Assembly: GCA_963667015.2 (NCBI GenBank)
Contig: CAXXJJ010000001.1
Span: 1,760,001-1,824,000 of the forward strand
DNA from: Desulfatiglandales bacterium
GTDB lineage: Bacteria; Desulfobacterota; DSM-4660; Desulfatiglandales; HGW-15
DNA length: 64,000 nucleotides
Direction of reading: 5' to 3'
The position numbers and the translations under genes are program-made. This document shows positions 32,186 to 41,952 of the stretch, piece after piece. Position 1 is the first letter of the stretch; each line of letters starts with the position of its first letter. The notes beneath the pieces are model-generated. The model searched no databases. It was not told where the DNA came from and saw nothing but the letters and a program-made list of their open reading frames with translations.

Positions 32186-32809
32186 TTAAAGTAACCTGCT
32201 TTCAGTTAAAGGAAACATATCAAGCGCCTTGAACTTTTTAAGTGAATCGATAACTGCAAACAAAGGTAAACCAACGACGTTACTGTATGAGCCTGAAATG
32301 CTTTTTATCATAAAGGCTCCAATGCCCTGGATAGCATAGGCCCCTGCCTTACCAAAGGGTTCTCCGGTTTTTATATAAAAATTAATCTCTTCATCGGTCA
32401 GGTTTTTAAATTTAACAAACGTAGCTACATAACTCGATATCGCAAGACAACCTGATGGATCAACTATGGAAAATCCTGTTATGACCTCATGATCGCCGTC
32501 ACTCAGTTTGTTCAGCATAATAAATGCTTCTTCTGCATTAAGGGGCTTTCCCATTACCACTCCGTCCTTAACAACAATGGTATCTGCACCCAGTATCCAA
32601 TTTGTCATTTCGGGAGTGAAAAGAGAAAGGGCTTTTTTTTCAGCAAGCCTTGTGCAAATATCAGAGAAATCACCCTTTTCTCCATTTTCATCAATATGGC
32701 TGGGGATTGCAATAAATGGTATTTTAACCTGCTCTAGAAGCTCCTTTCTCCTCGGAGACGCCGATGCAAGTATAAGCGGATTTTTGTCTGAAATATAATT
32801 GAAGGACAT
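32186..32809 (-). CDS. maf: Maf-family nucleoside triphosphate pyrophosphatase
   Basis: LILASASPRRKELL, GADTIV, GKAGAYAIQG, SNVVGLP. Confidence 0.93.
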   Translation of the reverse strand: MSFNYISDKNPLILASASPRRKELLEQVKIPFIAIPSHIDENGEKGDFSDICTRLAEKKALSLFTPEMTNWILGADTIVVKDGVVMGKPLNAEEAFIMLNKLSDGDHEVITGFSIVDPSGCLAISSYVATFVKFKNLTDEEINFYIKTGEPFGKAGAYAIQGIGAFMIKSISGSYSNVVGLPLFAVIDSLKKFKALDMFPLTESRLL

Positions 32810-32814
32810 AATAA

Positions 32815-33582
32815 TCAGGAAATATTAAATAATTTTTTACAGTTGTCGGTCGTAATATCTGCTAAATCTTCAAATTCCATGCCTCGCAGCTCTGCGATCA
32901 TTTTTGCCGTGTATGTAACAAAAAACGGCTCGTTGCGCTTCCCCCTCCGTGGCACCGGCGCCAGAAAAGGGGCATCTGTTTCAACAAGCATTCGCTCAAC
33001 AGGAATTCGGGCCGCCACCTCTTTTAGTTTGTCTGCATTTTTGAATGTTACAATGCCGGGTATGGAAATATGAAAGCCCAGGTCGATAAAGGTAAGTGCG
33101 GTTTTGTAATCGCCTGAAAAACAGTGAATTATACCTTTGTGATCGGCCTTCTCGTATGATTTTAATATATCAAGGATCTCTGTGTCTGCATCACGATTAT
33201 GTATGATAACAGGAAGACCGATCTCATATGCGATTTCTAGCTGGGTCCTGAATACTTCTATCTGTTTCTCTCTCTGCGACCGGTTTTTAAAGAAATCAAG
33301 CCCGATTTCTCCCCACGCCACAACCCTGCTGTCTTCTGCCATTGCCTTTAACTCATTAAGGTGGGCATCTGTAACCATATCTGCATCATGAGGATGAAAT
33401 CCCACTGTCGAGTATATAAAGTCATATTGCTTTGCCAGTTCAAGTGCCTTTATGGAACTCGTAAGATCAATACCTATAGTTATTATCCTTTCAACACCGC
33501 CTTCTACTGCCCTGTTAATTACCTGTTCCAGGTCATTTTTATAATCCTCCATGTCCAGATGCGCATGGCTGTCAATAAGCAT
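32815..33582 (-). CDS. tatD: TatD-family hydrolase
   Basis: DSHAHLD, GFHPH, GEIGLD, IIHNRDA, IHCFSG, VETDAPFLAP. Confidence 0.93.
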   Translation of the reverse strand: MLIDSHAHLDMEDYKNDLEQVINRAVEGGVERIITIGIDLTSSIKALELAKQYDFIYSTVGFHPHDADMVTDAHLNELKAMAEDSRVVAWGEIGLDFFKNRSQREKQIEVFRTQLEIAYEIGLPVIIHNRDADTEILDILKSYEKADHKGIIHCFSGDYKTALTFIDLGFHISIPGIVTFKNADKLKEVAARIPVERMLVETDAPFLAPVPRRGKRNEPFFVTYTAKMIAELRGMEFEDLADITTDNCKKLFNIS

Positions 33583-33756
33583 TCGTCTGTTTTCTCCCCT
33601 GTAATAATTTCAAATATGAAGCAAAATATAGTATGTTATAGTAACCCAATTGGCAAATAAATATCTTGCATAATTGATAAAACGAACTAAAATCATAGTC
33701 CTGTATAAAATCCTTATCTTATTTTAAAATAAGACAGGTACTATACTTTAATCAGC

Positions 33757-36075
33757 ATGGGGGCCATTAAAATAATGTCGGAGCAGAAAGACAACACCGC
33801 GATAAACTTAGAAAAAAAATTATATTTCCAGAGAAAACTCAATAATATAACAAATAAACTCTATTCTGCGAAGGATACCATTGATACCCTGCTGAACCTG
33901 ACCGAAGAAATCCAAAGCCTTTTTGAAGCCGATAGAATAACCATTTATGTTGTTGACGGGATAAAAAGGCAGATTGTTTCAAGGGTCAAGACAAATGATG
34001 ATATTGAAGAATATAGAGTCGATATTGACTATAACAGCCTTTCCGGTTTCTGCGCTGCATCAGGCAGGATAATAAGTGTCTATAATGCCTATGATGATCA
34101 CGAATTAAAACGTATCCATCCTGAACTCAAATTCAATAAAAACTTTGACCTGCAGACCGGTTATAAAACAAAGCAGGTTCTGGCCGCTCCGGTTATATAT
34201 AATAAAAAAATTCTGCTTGGAGTGATCGAGGTCATAAATAAGCTTGACGGGACCTATTTTACCCTTGAAGACCAGGCCTCGGCCATGGAAATTGCAAAGG
34301 TCCTTGCCCTTGCTATCTCAAACAGCCAGAAACTTCAGCATAAACAGAAAACAACAAAATATGATTACCTGATAACCAACAATATTATTACAAACGTAGA
34401 TATGGAAACGGCCATGGCAAAGGCCCGTAAGGAACATAAGTCCGTTGAAGGCATACTTATGAAGGATTTTAAGGTTTCAAAGGACGATATCGGGAAATCC
34501 CTGGCCAGTTTCTATAAAACACCCTTTATACCATTTGATGAAAAGATGGTGATTCCGGGTCAGTTATTGAAGGGGCTGAAGGTAAGTTTTTTGAAGCAGA
34601 ATGTGTTTGTCCCCGTATCTCAGTCAGGTAATGTAGTGCAGGTGGCAATGGAAAATCCGGATTATCTTCCGGCCAGAGATACCATAAAACAGATTATGCC
34701 TGGAGTTAATCTGGAATACTGTGTTTCACTCAAGGAAGATATATTTCAGATGATAGATCTTTTCTTTGATGTCGAACTATTTGGAATGTTGAGGGATTCA
34801 GACAGTATCGAAGAACTGATCGGGCAGCTGGAGATGGGTGAAGAAGAGGACTATGAAGATACCGAAAGGGTATCTGAGCAGGACGGAGCCATTGTACAGC
34901 TGGTTAACAAGATGATTATTGACGGGTACAACAGGGGAGCCTCGGATATCCATATTGAGCCGCGCCCTGGGAGGGCCAATTCAGTAATAAGATTCAGGAT
35001 TGATGGTGCCTGCCAGGTATATCAGACCATTCCATACACATTTAAAAAGGCGCTTGTTTCACGTGTTAAAATCATGGCAGATCTTGATATCTCGGAAAGG
35101 CGTCTGCCGCAGGATGGAAAAATAAAGTTCAGAAGATTTGCCCCTCTTGATATTGATCTTCGAATTGCAACCATCCCGACCGCTGGCGGGGTCGAGGATG
35201 TTGTTATACGTCTTCTGTCAACAGGAGAGCCCATACCCCTGGATAAAATGGGTATGAATGAGCGTGATTATAACACCTTTACAGAGTTGATTTCACGGCC
35301 CTATGGTATTGTGCTTGTAGTCGGGCCAACCGGAAGCGGTAAGACAACTACTCTTCACTCAGCACTAAAATATATCAATAAACCGGAAACAAAGATATGG
35401 ACTGCAGAAGACCCTGTTGAAATCACCCAGGATGGTTTGCGCCAGGTTCAGGTTCACCCTAAAATCGGTTTTAACTTTGCCAAGGCAATGAGGGCCTTTC
35501 TCCGGGCAGACCCTGATGTAATAATGGTTGGTGAAATGCGTGATGCTGAAACAGTATCAACAGGAATCGAGGCATCACTTACAGGGCATCTTGTTTTCAG
35601 TACCCTTCATACCAACAGTGCGACTGAAACCATAACGCGTCTTCTTGATATGGGAATGGATCCGCTTAACTTTGCAGATGCCTTCCTGGGAGTTGTGGCT
35701 CAAAGGCTTGTCAGAACCCTTTGTCCTGTCTGCAAAGAGGCATATCACCCTGACAGAGAGGAATATGACAGCCTTGTCAGGTACTACAATGGTAATTTTG
35801 ATGCACTTGGCTTCCCCTATAAAAAAGACCTTAAATTATACAGGGCAAAGGGATGCTCTACATGTGGCAATATCGGATATCGCGGCAGGGTAGCACTGTT
35901 TGAGATGCTTGCAGGAACACGTGAAATGCAGTCAAAAATTTATTCGCGGGCAAAGATGGATGACCTGAAAGCTCAGGCCACGAAAGACGGTATGACAACC
36001 TTAATGCAGGACGGTATACGCAAAATATTCCTTGGGCAGACAGATTTTGCCCAGGTAAGGAAGGTGTGCATGTGA
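33757..36075 (+). CDS. GAF-domain PilB/GspE-family traffic ATPase
   Basis: N-terminal GAF (GVIEVINK...FT.ED); ASDIHIEP, RLPQDG, GPTGSGKTTT, EDPVE, GEMRD, TGHLVFSTLHTN, two CxxC. Confidence 0.9.
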   Translation: MGAIKIMSEQKDNTAINLEKKLYFQRKLNNITNKLYSAKDTIDTLLNLTEEIQSLFEADRITIYVVDGIKRQIVSRVKTNDDIEEYRVDIDYNSLSGFCAASGRIISVYNAYDDHELKRIHPELKFNKNFDLQTGYKTKQVLAAPVIYNKKILLGVIEVINKLDGTYFTLEDQASAMEIAKVLALAISNSQKLQHKQKTTKYDYLITNNIITNVDMETAMAKARKEHKSVEGILMKDFKVSKDDIGKSLASFYKTPFIPFDEKMVIPGQLLKGLKVSFLKQNVFVPVSQSGNVVQVAMENPDYLPARDTIKQIMPGVNLEYCVSLKEDIFQMIDLFFDVELFGMLRDSDSIEELIGQLEMGEEEDYEDTERVSEQDGAIVQLVNKMIIDGYNRGASDIHIEPRPGRANSVIRFRIDGACQVYQTIPYTFKKALVSRVKIMADLDISERRLPQDGKIKFRRFAPLDIDLRIATIPTAGGVEDVVIRLLSTGEPIPLDKMGMNERDYNTFTELISRPYGIVLVVGPTGSGKTTTLHSALKYINKPETKIWTAEDPVEITQDGLRQVQVHPKIGFNFAKAMRAFLRADPDVIMVGEMRDAETVSTGIEASLTGHLVFSTLHTNSATETITRLLDMGMDPLNFADAFLGVVAQRLVRTLCPVCKEAYHPDREEYDSLVRYYNGNFDALGFPYKKDLKLYRAKGCSTCGNIGYRGRVALFEMLAGTREMQSKIYSRAKMDDLKAQATKDGMTTLMQDGIRKIFLGQTDFAQVRKVCM

Positions 36076-36083
36076 TAAAAGAA

Positions 36084-36137
36084 GGGCACAAGGCGCAAGG
36101 TTCAGGGCGCAGGGAAAAACCTTGAGCCTTGTGCCTG
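36084..36137. repeat. Heptamer-period inverted repeat (GGCGCAA/CCTTGAG type) between convergent genes
   Basis: GGGCACAAGGCGCAAGGTTCAGGGCGCAGG...CCTTGAGCCTTGTGCC. Confidence 0.7.
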
Positions 36138-36144
36138 GATTTTA

Positions 36145-37206
36145 TTATGGAAACCTGCCCGGTTTTAAAAGGCCCGCAGACTCCTCAAGGCCGAACATGA
36201 TATTCATATTCTGAACTGCATTTCCTGCCTGTCCCTTAACAAGGTTATCTATCAGGCTTACTACAATAAGCTTGCCTGTCCTTCCATCCACGTTGATAGA
36301 AAGGTTGCAGAAATTGCTTCCCCTTACGTCCGTGCTTACCTGGGCGACTTCAGGGCCGAATACCCTCACGAAAACCGAATCTTTATAGAACTCCCTGTAT
36401 ATCTCTACTATCTCATTAACATCTGTTGTGCCTGTAAGGTTTCCGTATATGGTGGACATAATGCCCCTTGTAAGGGGAATTACGTGGGGTGTAAATGTTA
36501 CATTTAAATCGACACCTGCAATCAGGCTCAGCTCCCTTTCGATCTCAAATACATGCTGGTGACCTGAAATCTTGTAGGCGTTCATTGCATCATAACGTGC
36601 CGGGTAATGAAATCCGGGTTTGGGTGTTTTCCCTGCTCCTGATACTCCTGTCTTTGCATCACATATGATAGATTTTTTATCTATTATGGATGCATCAACC
36701 GCAGGGGACAGGCCGAGTATGCAGCTTACAGCAAAGCAGCCCGGATTTCCTACTATCCTGCTCTCGGCTATTTCCTTCCTGTGAAGTTCTGGAAGACCAT
36801 ATACTGTTTCGGAAAGCAGTTCGGGCGAGGCATGGTCCCAGGTCTTGCCTATCCTTTTTGCATATGAATCATATGTGGCTGAATCGTTAAAGCGGAAATC
36901 CCCGCTGTAATCTATTATCTTTGCACCCCTATCGAGCCACTCCCTGGCAAACTGCTGGCCCACTCCATCCGGTGTGGCATAAAATACAACGTCAAAGTCA
37001 TCCGGGCAGTCCGGGTCCTTCGGATCATAGACCATAAGGTCGCAGAATCCCTTAAGATGCGGATACATATCGCTTACAGGTTTACCTGTATCCTGCTTTG
37101 CCATAAGCCCTGTTATTTCAGCATCCGGATGCTCAACAAGAAGCTCGATAGCACCACAGCCACCGTATCCGCCGGCGCCAATGATGCCGACTTTTATTTT
37201 GTTCAT
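36145..37206 (-). CDS. argC: N-acetyl-gamma-glutamyl-phosphate reductase
   Basis: GAGGYGG, DYSGDFR, YGLPE, NPGCF, GVSGAG, IDNLVKGQAGNAVQNMN. Confidence 0.95.
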   Translation of the reverse strand: MNKIKVGIIGAGGYGGCGAIELLVEHPDAEITGLMAKQDTGKPVSDMYPHLKGFCDLMVYDPKDPDCPDDFDVVFYATPDGVGQQFAREWLDRGAKIIDYSGDFRFNDSATYDSYAKRIGKTWDHASPELLSETVYGLPELHRKEIAESRIVGNPGCFAVSCILGLSPAVDASIIDKKSIICDAKTGVSGAGKTPKPGFHYPARYDAMNAYKISGHQHVFEIERELSLIAGVDLNVTFTPHVIPLTRGIMSTIYGNLTGTTDVNEIVEIYREFYKDSVFVRVFGPEVAQVSTDVRGSNFCNLSINVDGRTGKLIVVSLIDNLVKGQAGNAVQNMNIMFGLEESAGLLKPGRFP

Positions 37207-37215
37207 TGGTTTCTC

Positions 37216-38247
37216 CTAAACATTAAACCTGTAATTGATTATATCACCGTCTTCGACCACATATTCCTTGCCTTCAAGCCTTACCCTGCCTGCGGCCTTT
37301 GCGTCCTTGAAGGTGCCGTATATTATGAGGTCGTCATAGCCTAAGACCTCTGCCCTGATAAATCCCTTCTGTATATCAGAGTGAATTTCTCCTGCTGCTT
37401 CAAGGGCAATGGTGTTCTTTTTAATTGTCCATGCCTTTACCTCGTCTTCACCAACAGTAAAAAAGGACATAAGGTTCATGATCCGGTAAGACTCTTTTAT
37501 TATTCGGTCCAGCGCAGATTGCTCAATGGAATATTCCGCGCGGAACATCTCGGCATCCTCTTTGCTCATTGCTGCTATTTCCATCTCAAGCCTGCCCCGC
37601 ACCGCCTGTATTGCCATGTTTTCATCTTTTGATGACCATTCGGGCAGGCTGTCATTATCGTCATCATTGTTTATGATAACAAGCTGGGGTTTGGCCGATA
37701 AAAATGTAAAGCCCTTTAAAAGAGGAGAAGACGCCAGCTCCGGGTTTTTTCTTAAGGGCTCTCCATTATCTAAAAGCTCTTTACATGCCAGAACCAGGTT
37801 GTGTTCTTCTTCATCCGGTTTCTTTCCTCTTTTAAGATCCGCATTTATCCTCTCAAGACGTTTTTCCACAACCATGAGATCATTTAAAATCATCTCATCT
37901 TCGAGCTGTTTATAGTCATTTTCAGGCGACGGGTCAGTCCCGGCAAAATCCGGAAAGTTTCGGACAACATGAATAAGCGCATCGCAGACCCTTACCTGGT
38001 TCCAGATTATATTTTCAGATCCTCCGCCTACATCTGACGGAAGAAGATATTCTACTGACGCATAAGCCGTTTTTTTGGGGTTGTACATATTGGTTAAAAA
38101 ATCAATTCTTTCATCCATCACTTTAACAGAGGCAATCCTGTTGTCTTTTTTTGCCCCTTTTGTATCGCTTTCACCCCTTGCGCCTGTGAGGGCGGAAAAT
38201 ATTGTAGATTTTCCTGACTGCGGCAGACCAAATATTCCTAATTTCAT
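37216..38247 (-). CDS. ychF: YchF/Ola1-family ATPase (DUF933), divergent
   Basis: GIFGLPQSGKST, DALIHVVR, FFTVGEDEVKAW, AAGEIHSDIQKGFIRAEV, EGKEYVVEDGDII. Confidence 0.85.
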   Translation of the reverse strand: MKLGIFGLPQSGKSTIFSALTGARGESDTKGAKKDNRIASVKVMDERIDFLTNMYNPKKTAYASVEYLLPSDVGGGSENIIWNQVRVCDALIHVVRNFPDFAGTDPSPENDYKQLEDEMILNDLMVVEKRLERINADLKRGKKPDEEEHNLVLACKELLDNGEPLRKNPELASSPLLKGFTFLSAKPQLVIINNDDDNDSLPEWSSKDENMAIQAVRGRLEMEIAAMSKEDAEMFRAEYSIEQSALDRIIKESYRIMNLMSFFTVGEDEVKAWTIKKNTIALEAAGEIHSDIQKGFIRAEVLGYDDLIIYGTFKDAKAAGRVRLEGKEYVVEDGDIINYRFNV

Positions 38248-38370
38248 ATATTTTTCCTTCTTTGTTTCCAAATTTGTAAAATCGGACAGAGAATATTCGT
38301 TTTTATTAATGAAATCAACCTGATTCTGGAGGTGGTTCAAAATAACTTGACAAAAAAATTAAACTATATA

Positions 38371-38390
38371 ATTTAACTAAAAAGTTAAAT
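38371..38390. promoter_or_regulatory. Palindromic putative TetR operator
   Basis: ATTTAACT-AAAA-AGTTAAAT next to TTGACA/TATAAT hexamers upstream of the TetR gene. Confidence 0.55.
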
Positions 38391-38443
38391 AAAATGTTTA
38401 GATAAAATTCATAACTGGAGCCATATTTTCGGGAGATTGTTAA

Positions 38444-39070
38444 ATGGTACAAAAGAAAAAAAGGAAGGAGTCAATACGCCGGATACTTGAGGCTGCCATG
38501 TCGGTTTTTTCCGAGGAAGGTTTTTCAGGGGCAAGAATGGATGAAATCGCAAAAAGAGCGGGCGTGAATAAAGCAATGATCTATTACAGGGTAGGGGATA
38601 AAAAGACCTTGTACAGAGAAGTTATTCAGATGCTTTTTGGAGATATCGGTAATGCTATTACCGGAGGAATACCGGAAGACTCGGATCCTGAAAAAAAATT
38701 TAAATATTACATCAAAGGCCTTACAAAAACCATAGCAGAACATCCTTATCTCCCCGGAATTATGATGCGTGAAATGGCATCAGGCGGTCAGAACCTGGAT
38801 GAATATATGGCAAAGGATTTTATTAAAATTCTTGGTGTGCCGGAAAGAATAATCAGTGAGGGAATAGAAAAAGGAGTTTTTATAAAAACAAGTCCGCTGA
38901 TTGTGCACATGATGATAGTCGGGTTCATGATGTTTTTCAGGTCTACAGAACCTGCAAGAAAAAGGTACGAGGCGGCTTTACCTGAAAGCGCCGGAGTTTT
39001 TGGTAGCAAATCAATAGTAGAAGGAATGAAAGAAATAGAACGGCTTGTACTGAGAGCCATTAAAGCCTGA
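38444..39070 (+). CDS. TetR/AcrR-family regulator
   Basis: ILEAAMSVFSEEGFSGARMDEIAKRAGVNKAMIYY. Confidence 0.93.
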   Translation: MVQKKKRKESIRRILEAAMSVFSEEGFSGARMDEIAKRAGVNKAMIYYRVGDKKTLYREVIQMLFGDIGNAITGGIPEDSDPEKKFKYYIKGLTKTIAEHPYLPGIMMREMASGGQNLDEYMAKDFIKILGVPERIISEGIEKGVFIKTSPLIVHMMIVGFMMFFRSTEPARKRYEAALPESAGVFGSKSIVEGMKEIERLVLRAIKA

Positions 39071-39096
39071 TAAAAGTGTTTTCCGGAGGAGGTCTT

Positions 39097-40269
39097 ATGA
39101 AAGATAAAAAGAAGAAAATTATCATTGCATTTGCGGCTTTGTTTATAGTCGTTACTCTTCTTGTTGTGCTGGGTAAAATATTCAGCGGCAATGGCGACAT
39201 GCTTTATTCAGGCACAATAGAGGCGAGACAGGCTGACATTTCGTTTCAGACAGTCGGAAGAGTTTTAAAAATCCATGCTGATGAGGGTGCTCATGTTGAA
39301 AAGGACGCGCTTATGGCTGACCTGGAGCCATCCGAGTTTGATGCCCGGTATCAGCAGGCAGAGGCATCGGCTTTTGCAGCAGAAAAAGAGATGGAACAGC
39401 TTGAGGTTGAACTTGAAGTCAGCAGGACTGTTTTACCTGCGGATGTTAAAAGGGCAGAGGCTGCGGTTGAGGCGCTTAAAGCTAATCTTAAGGAACTGGA
39501 AGCAGGATATCGGTCACAGGATGTGGAAAAGGGCAGGCTTGCAATGCTGTCAGCAGAAACAGCCATGAAAACAGCCTTAAGAGACAAAGAGCGTTCTGAC
39601 TCTCTTTATAAAGATAAAATAATATCCGAAAAAGAACGCGATGACGCATACCTTTTATATGAAACAAGGTTGAGATCATACGAGCAGGCAAAGGAAAGCT
39701 TTGCACAGCTCAGTGAAGGCTACAGAAAAGAAAATATACTGGCAGCCCGTGCAAGGCTTGCAGAAGGGGAAGCTGCATTCAGCCAGGCAAAAAAAAACCT
39801 GGAGAGGCTTGATGCCCTTGAAAAGAAGGTAGAATCTGCAAAGGCTATGGTAGAGGCGAGCAGGGCGGCCCTTAAACTTGCAGGAATTCAGAAATCATAT
39901 GCAACACTTAAGGCTCCTTTCAGCGGAACAATCACGAGCCGGAATGTTGAAGTAGGCGAGCTTGTGTCAGTAGGCCGTGAAGTGTTTTCCATGGCGGATC
40001 TTTCAAGCGTTGACCTCAAGATATATGTGGATGAGGAATCCATAGGAAGGGTTAAACACGGTCAGGATGTTGATGTAAAAGTGGATACCTTTCCTGATAA
40101 AGTTTTTAAGGGCAAAGTTGCATTCATTTCTCCTGAGGCGGAATTTACCCCAAAAATTATTCAGACACACAAAGAGAGAGTAAAGCTTGTTTACCTTGTT
40201 AAGGTGAAAATACCAAACCCCGATATTGAGTTAAAAACCGGTATGCCGGCAGATGCGTGGATAAGATAA
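39097..40269 (+). CDS. HlyD-family periplasmic adaptor (YbhG-like)
   Basis: N-terminal TM, SGTIEA, APFSGTI, ISPEAEFTPK.IQT, LKTGMPAD. Confidence 0.9.
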   Translation: MKDKKKKIIIAFAALFIVVTLLVVLGKIFSGNGDMLYSGTIEARQADISFQTVGRVLKIHADEGAHVEKDALMADLEPSEFDARYQQAEASAFAAEKEMEQLEVELEVSRTVLPADVKRAEAAVEALKANLKELEAGYRSQDVEKGRLAMLSAETAMKTALRDKERSDSLYKDKIISEKERDDAYLLYETRLRSYEQAKESFAQLSEGYRKENILAARARLAEGEAAFSQAKKNLERLDALEKKVESAKAMVEASRAALKLAGIQKSYATLKAPFSGTITSRNVEVGELVSVGREVFSMADLSSVDLKIYVDEESIGRVKHGQDVDVKVDTFPDKVFKGKVAFISPEAEFTPKIIQTHKERVKLVYLVKVKIPNPDIELKTGMPADAWIR

Positions 40270-40272
40270 TCT

Positions 40273-41001
40273 ATGGTAGAAACCTTTGTACATATAAACA
40301 GTGTGACAAAAAAATTCGGGCAGGTAACTGCAGTGGATGCCATATCCCTCGAAATTAAAAGGGGTGAGATTTTCGGTCTGGTCGGCTCTGACGGCGCAGG
40401 CAAGTCCACACTTTTAAGGATGACAGCCACCATGATACCGCCTGATTCAGGCAGTATACTCATCAAGGGGCTTGATAATATAAAAGACAGGATGAAGGTA
40501 AAATCCCTGATGGGGTACATGCCCCAGAAGTTCGGTCTTTATCAGGATCTCACGGTTGGAGAAAACATGGAATTTTTCATGGATATCTTCAATATATTTG
40601 GCGAAGAAAGAGATAGAAGGCGTGAGCTGTATCTTGGTTTTTCAAACCTGCTTCCCTTTATTGACCGTCCTTCTGGAAAACTTTCGGGCGGTATGAAGCA
40701 GAAGCTTGGTCTTGCATGTGTTCTTGTTCATGAACCGGAGCTCTTAATACTTGATGAACCCACAAACGGTGTTGATCCTGTTTCAAGGGGCGAGTTCTGG
40801 GAAATATTATTCAGAATGAAAGAAGAGGGCATGACAATAATGGTTTCTACCGCATACCTTGATGAAGGTGAAAAGTGTGATCGCATTGCCCTTATGCATA
40901 AGGCTCAAATTCTGGACCTTGATACTCCGGAAAAGATGATGCAGGGTTTTCCCGATCTTGAAGAAGCGGTTATCCGCAGGATCTCACAGGCTGACAATTA
41001 A
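40273..41001 (+). CDS. ABC transporter ATP-binding protein
   Basis: GSDGAGKST, LSGGMKQKL, LDEPT. Confidence 0.93.
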   Translation: MVETFVHINSVTKKFGQVTAVDAISLEIKRGEIFGLVGSDGAGKSTLLRMTATMIPPDSGSILIKGLDNIKDRMKVKSLMGYMPQKFGLYQDLTVGENMEFFMDIFNIFGEERDRRRELYLGFSNLLPFIDRPSGKLSGGMKQKLGLACVLVHEPELLILDEPTNGVDPVSRGEFWEILFRMKEEGMTIMVSTAYLDEGEKCDRIALMHKAQILDLDTPEKMMQGFPDLEEAVIRRISQADN

Positions 41002-41061
41002 TGTTGTGTCAACGATTCAGTGCCTCGATGTTTCATTTTGACCGGCAGAAGTAATTATTTC

Positions 41062-41149
41062 GTAGGGTGGTGTTTTACACACCACCGTGTAGACGCAAGG
41101 TATACCTTGCGTCTACATAAAAACCGGTCGGGATAAATCCCGACCCTAC
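41062..41149. repeat. GTAG-type REP doublet with nested perfect 30-bp palindrome
   Basis: GTAGGGTGGTGT...ACACCACC; TGTAGACGCAAGGTA|TACCTTGCGTCTACA (41088-41117); GGTCGGGATAAATCCCGACCCTAC. Confidence 0.8.
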
Positions 41150-41206
41150 AAAAATACTTGTTAAAATGACAGTCAATGCATGACAACGAGTTATCGGAGA
41201 AAAATT

Positions 41207-41950
41207 TTGCAGCCTGATATTGTCACAGTTAAAGATCTTGTAAAAAAGTTCGGCAGCTTTACTGCTGTCAGTGATATTGCCTTTTCAGTCAAAAAGGGAG
41301 AAATATTCGGTTTCCTGGGACCCAATGGTGCCGGTAAATCAACAACCATAAGAATGCTCTGCGGTATACTTATGCCCACATCAGGTGAGGGTACTGTTGC
41401 CGGGTACGATATAATAAAAAATCCCGAAGGTATAAAGCATTCCATAGGCTACATGTCCCAGAAGTTTTCTCTATACGAAGACATGACGCCCTTTGAAAAC
41501 ATAAGGTTCTACCTCGGAGTATACAGCGTGCCTGAACATATGTGGAAGGAGAGAACCGAATGGGTGCTTGAAATGGCATCATTAGGCGATCTCAGGAACA
41601 GGCTTACAAGGGAACTTCCGCAGGGTTGGAGACAGAGGCTGGCACTTGGGTGCGCGCTTATTCATAAACCTGAGATACTTTTTCTGGATGAACCTACATC
41701 AGGAGTTGATCCTGTCACAAGAAGACAGTTCTGGAGTTTTATAAAAGATCTTTCGGAAAAGGGCATGACTGTGTTTGTAACCACCCATTACATGAATGAG
41801 GCGCTCAACTGCGGGCGTATTGTGATGATAAATAACGGCACCATTGTTGTATCAGGAGAACCGGAACAGGTGATAAAGGATGTATGCCCTGATAAACCCG
41901 ATGCAGACCTGAATGATGTTTTTATTAAGCTCATGACCAGAGAGGCTTGA
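41207..41950 (+). CDS. ABC transporter ATP-binding protein
   Basis: GPNGAGKST, LPQGWRQRL, LDEPTSG, TTHYM; TTG start after GGAG (ATG 41180 is an alternative). Confidence 0.92.
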   Translation: MQPDIVTVKDLVKKFGSFTAVSDIAFSVKKGEIFGFLGPNGAGKSTTIRMLCGILMPTSGEGTVAGYDIIKNPEGIKHSIGYMSQKFSLYEDMTPFENIRFYLGVYSVPEHMWKERTEWVLEMASLGDLRNRLTRELPQGWRQRLALGCALIHKPEILFLDEPTSGVDPVTRRQFWSFIKDLSEKGMTVFVTTHYMNEALNCGRIVMINNGTIVVSGEPEQVIKDVCPDKPDADLNDVFIKLMTREA

Positions 41951-41952
41951 AC

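Noticed and set aside
33651..33670. Sigma54 promoter TGGCAA...TTGCA upstream of the GAF-PilB gene
   Set aside because: Spacing between GG and GC is 4 nt too long
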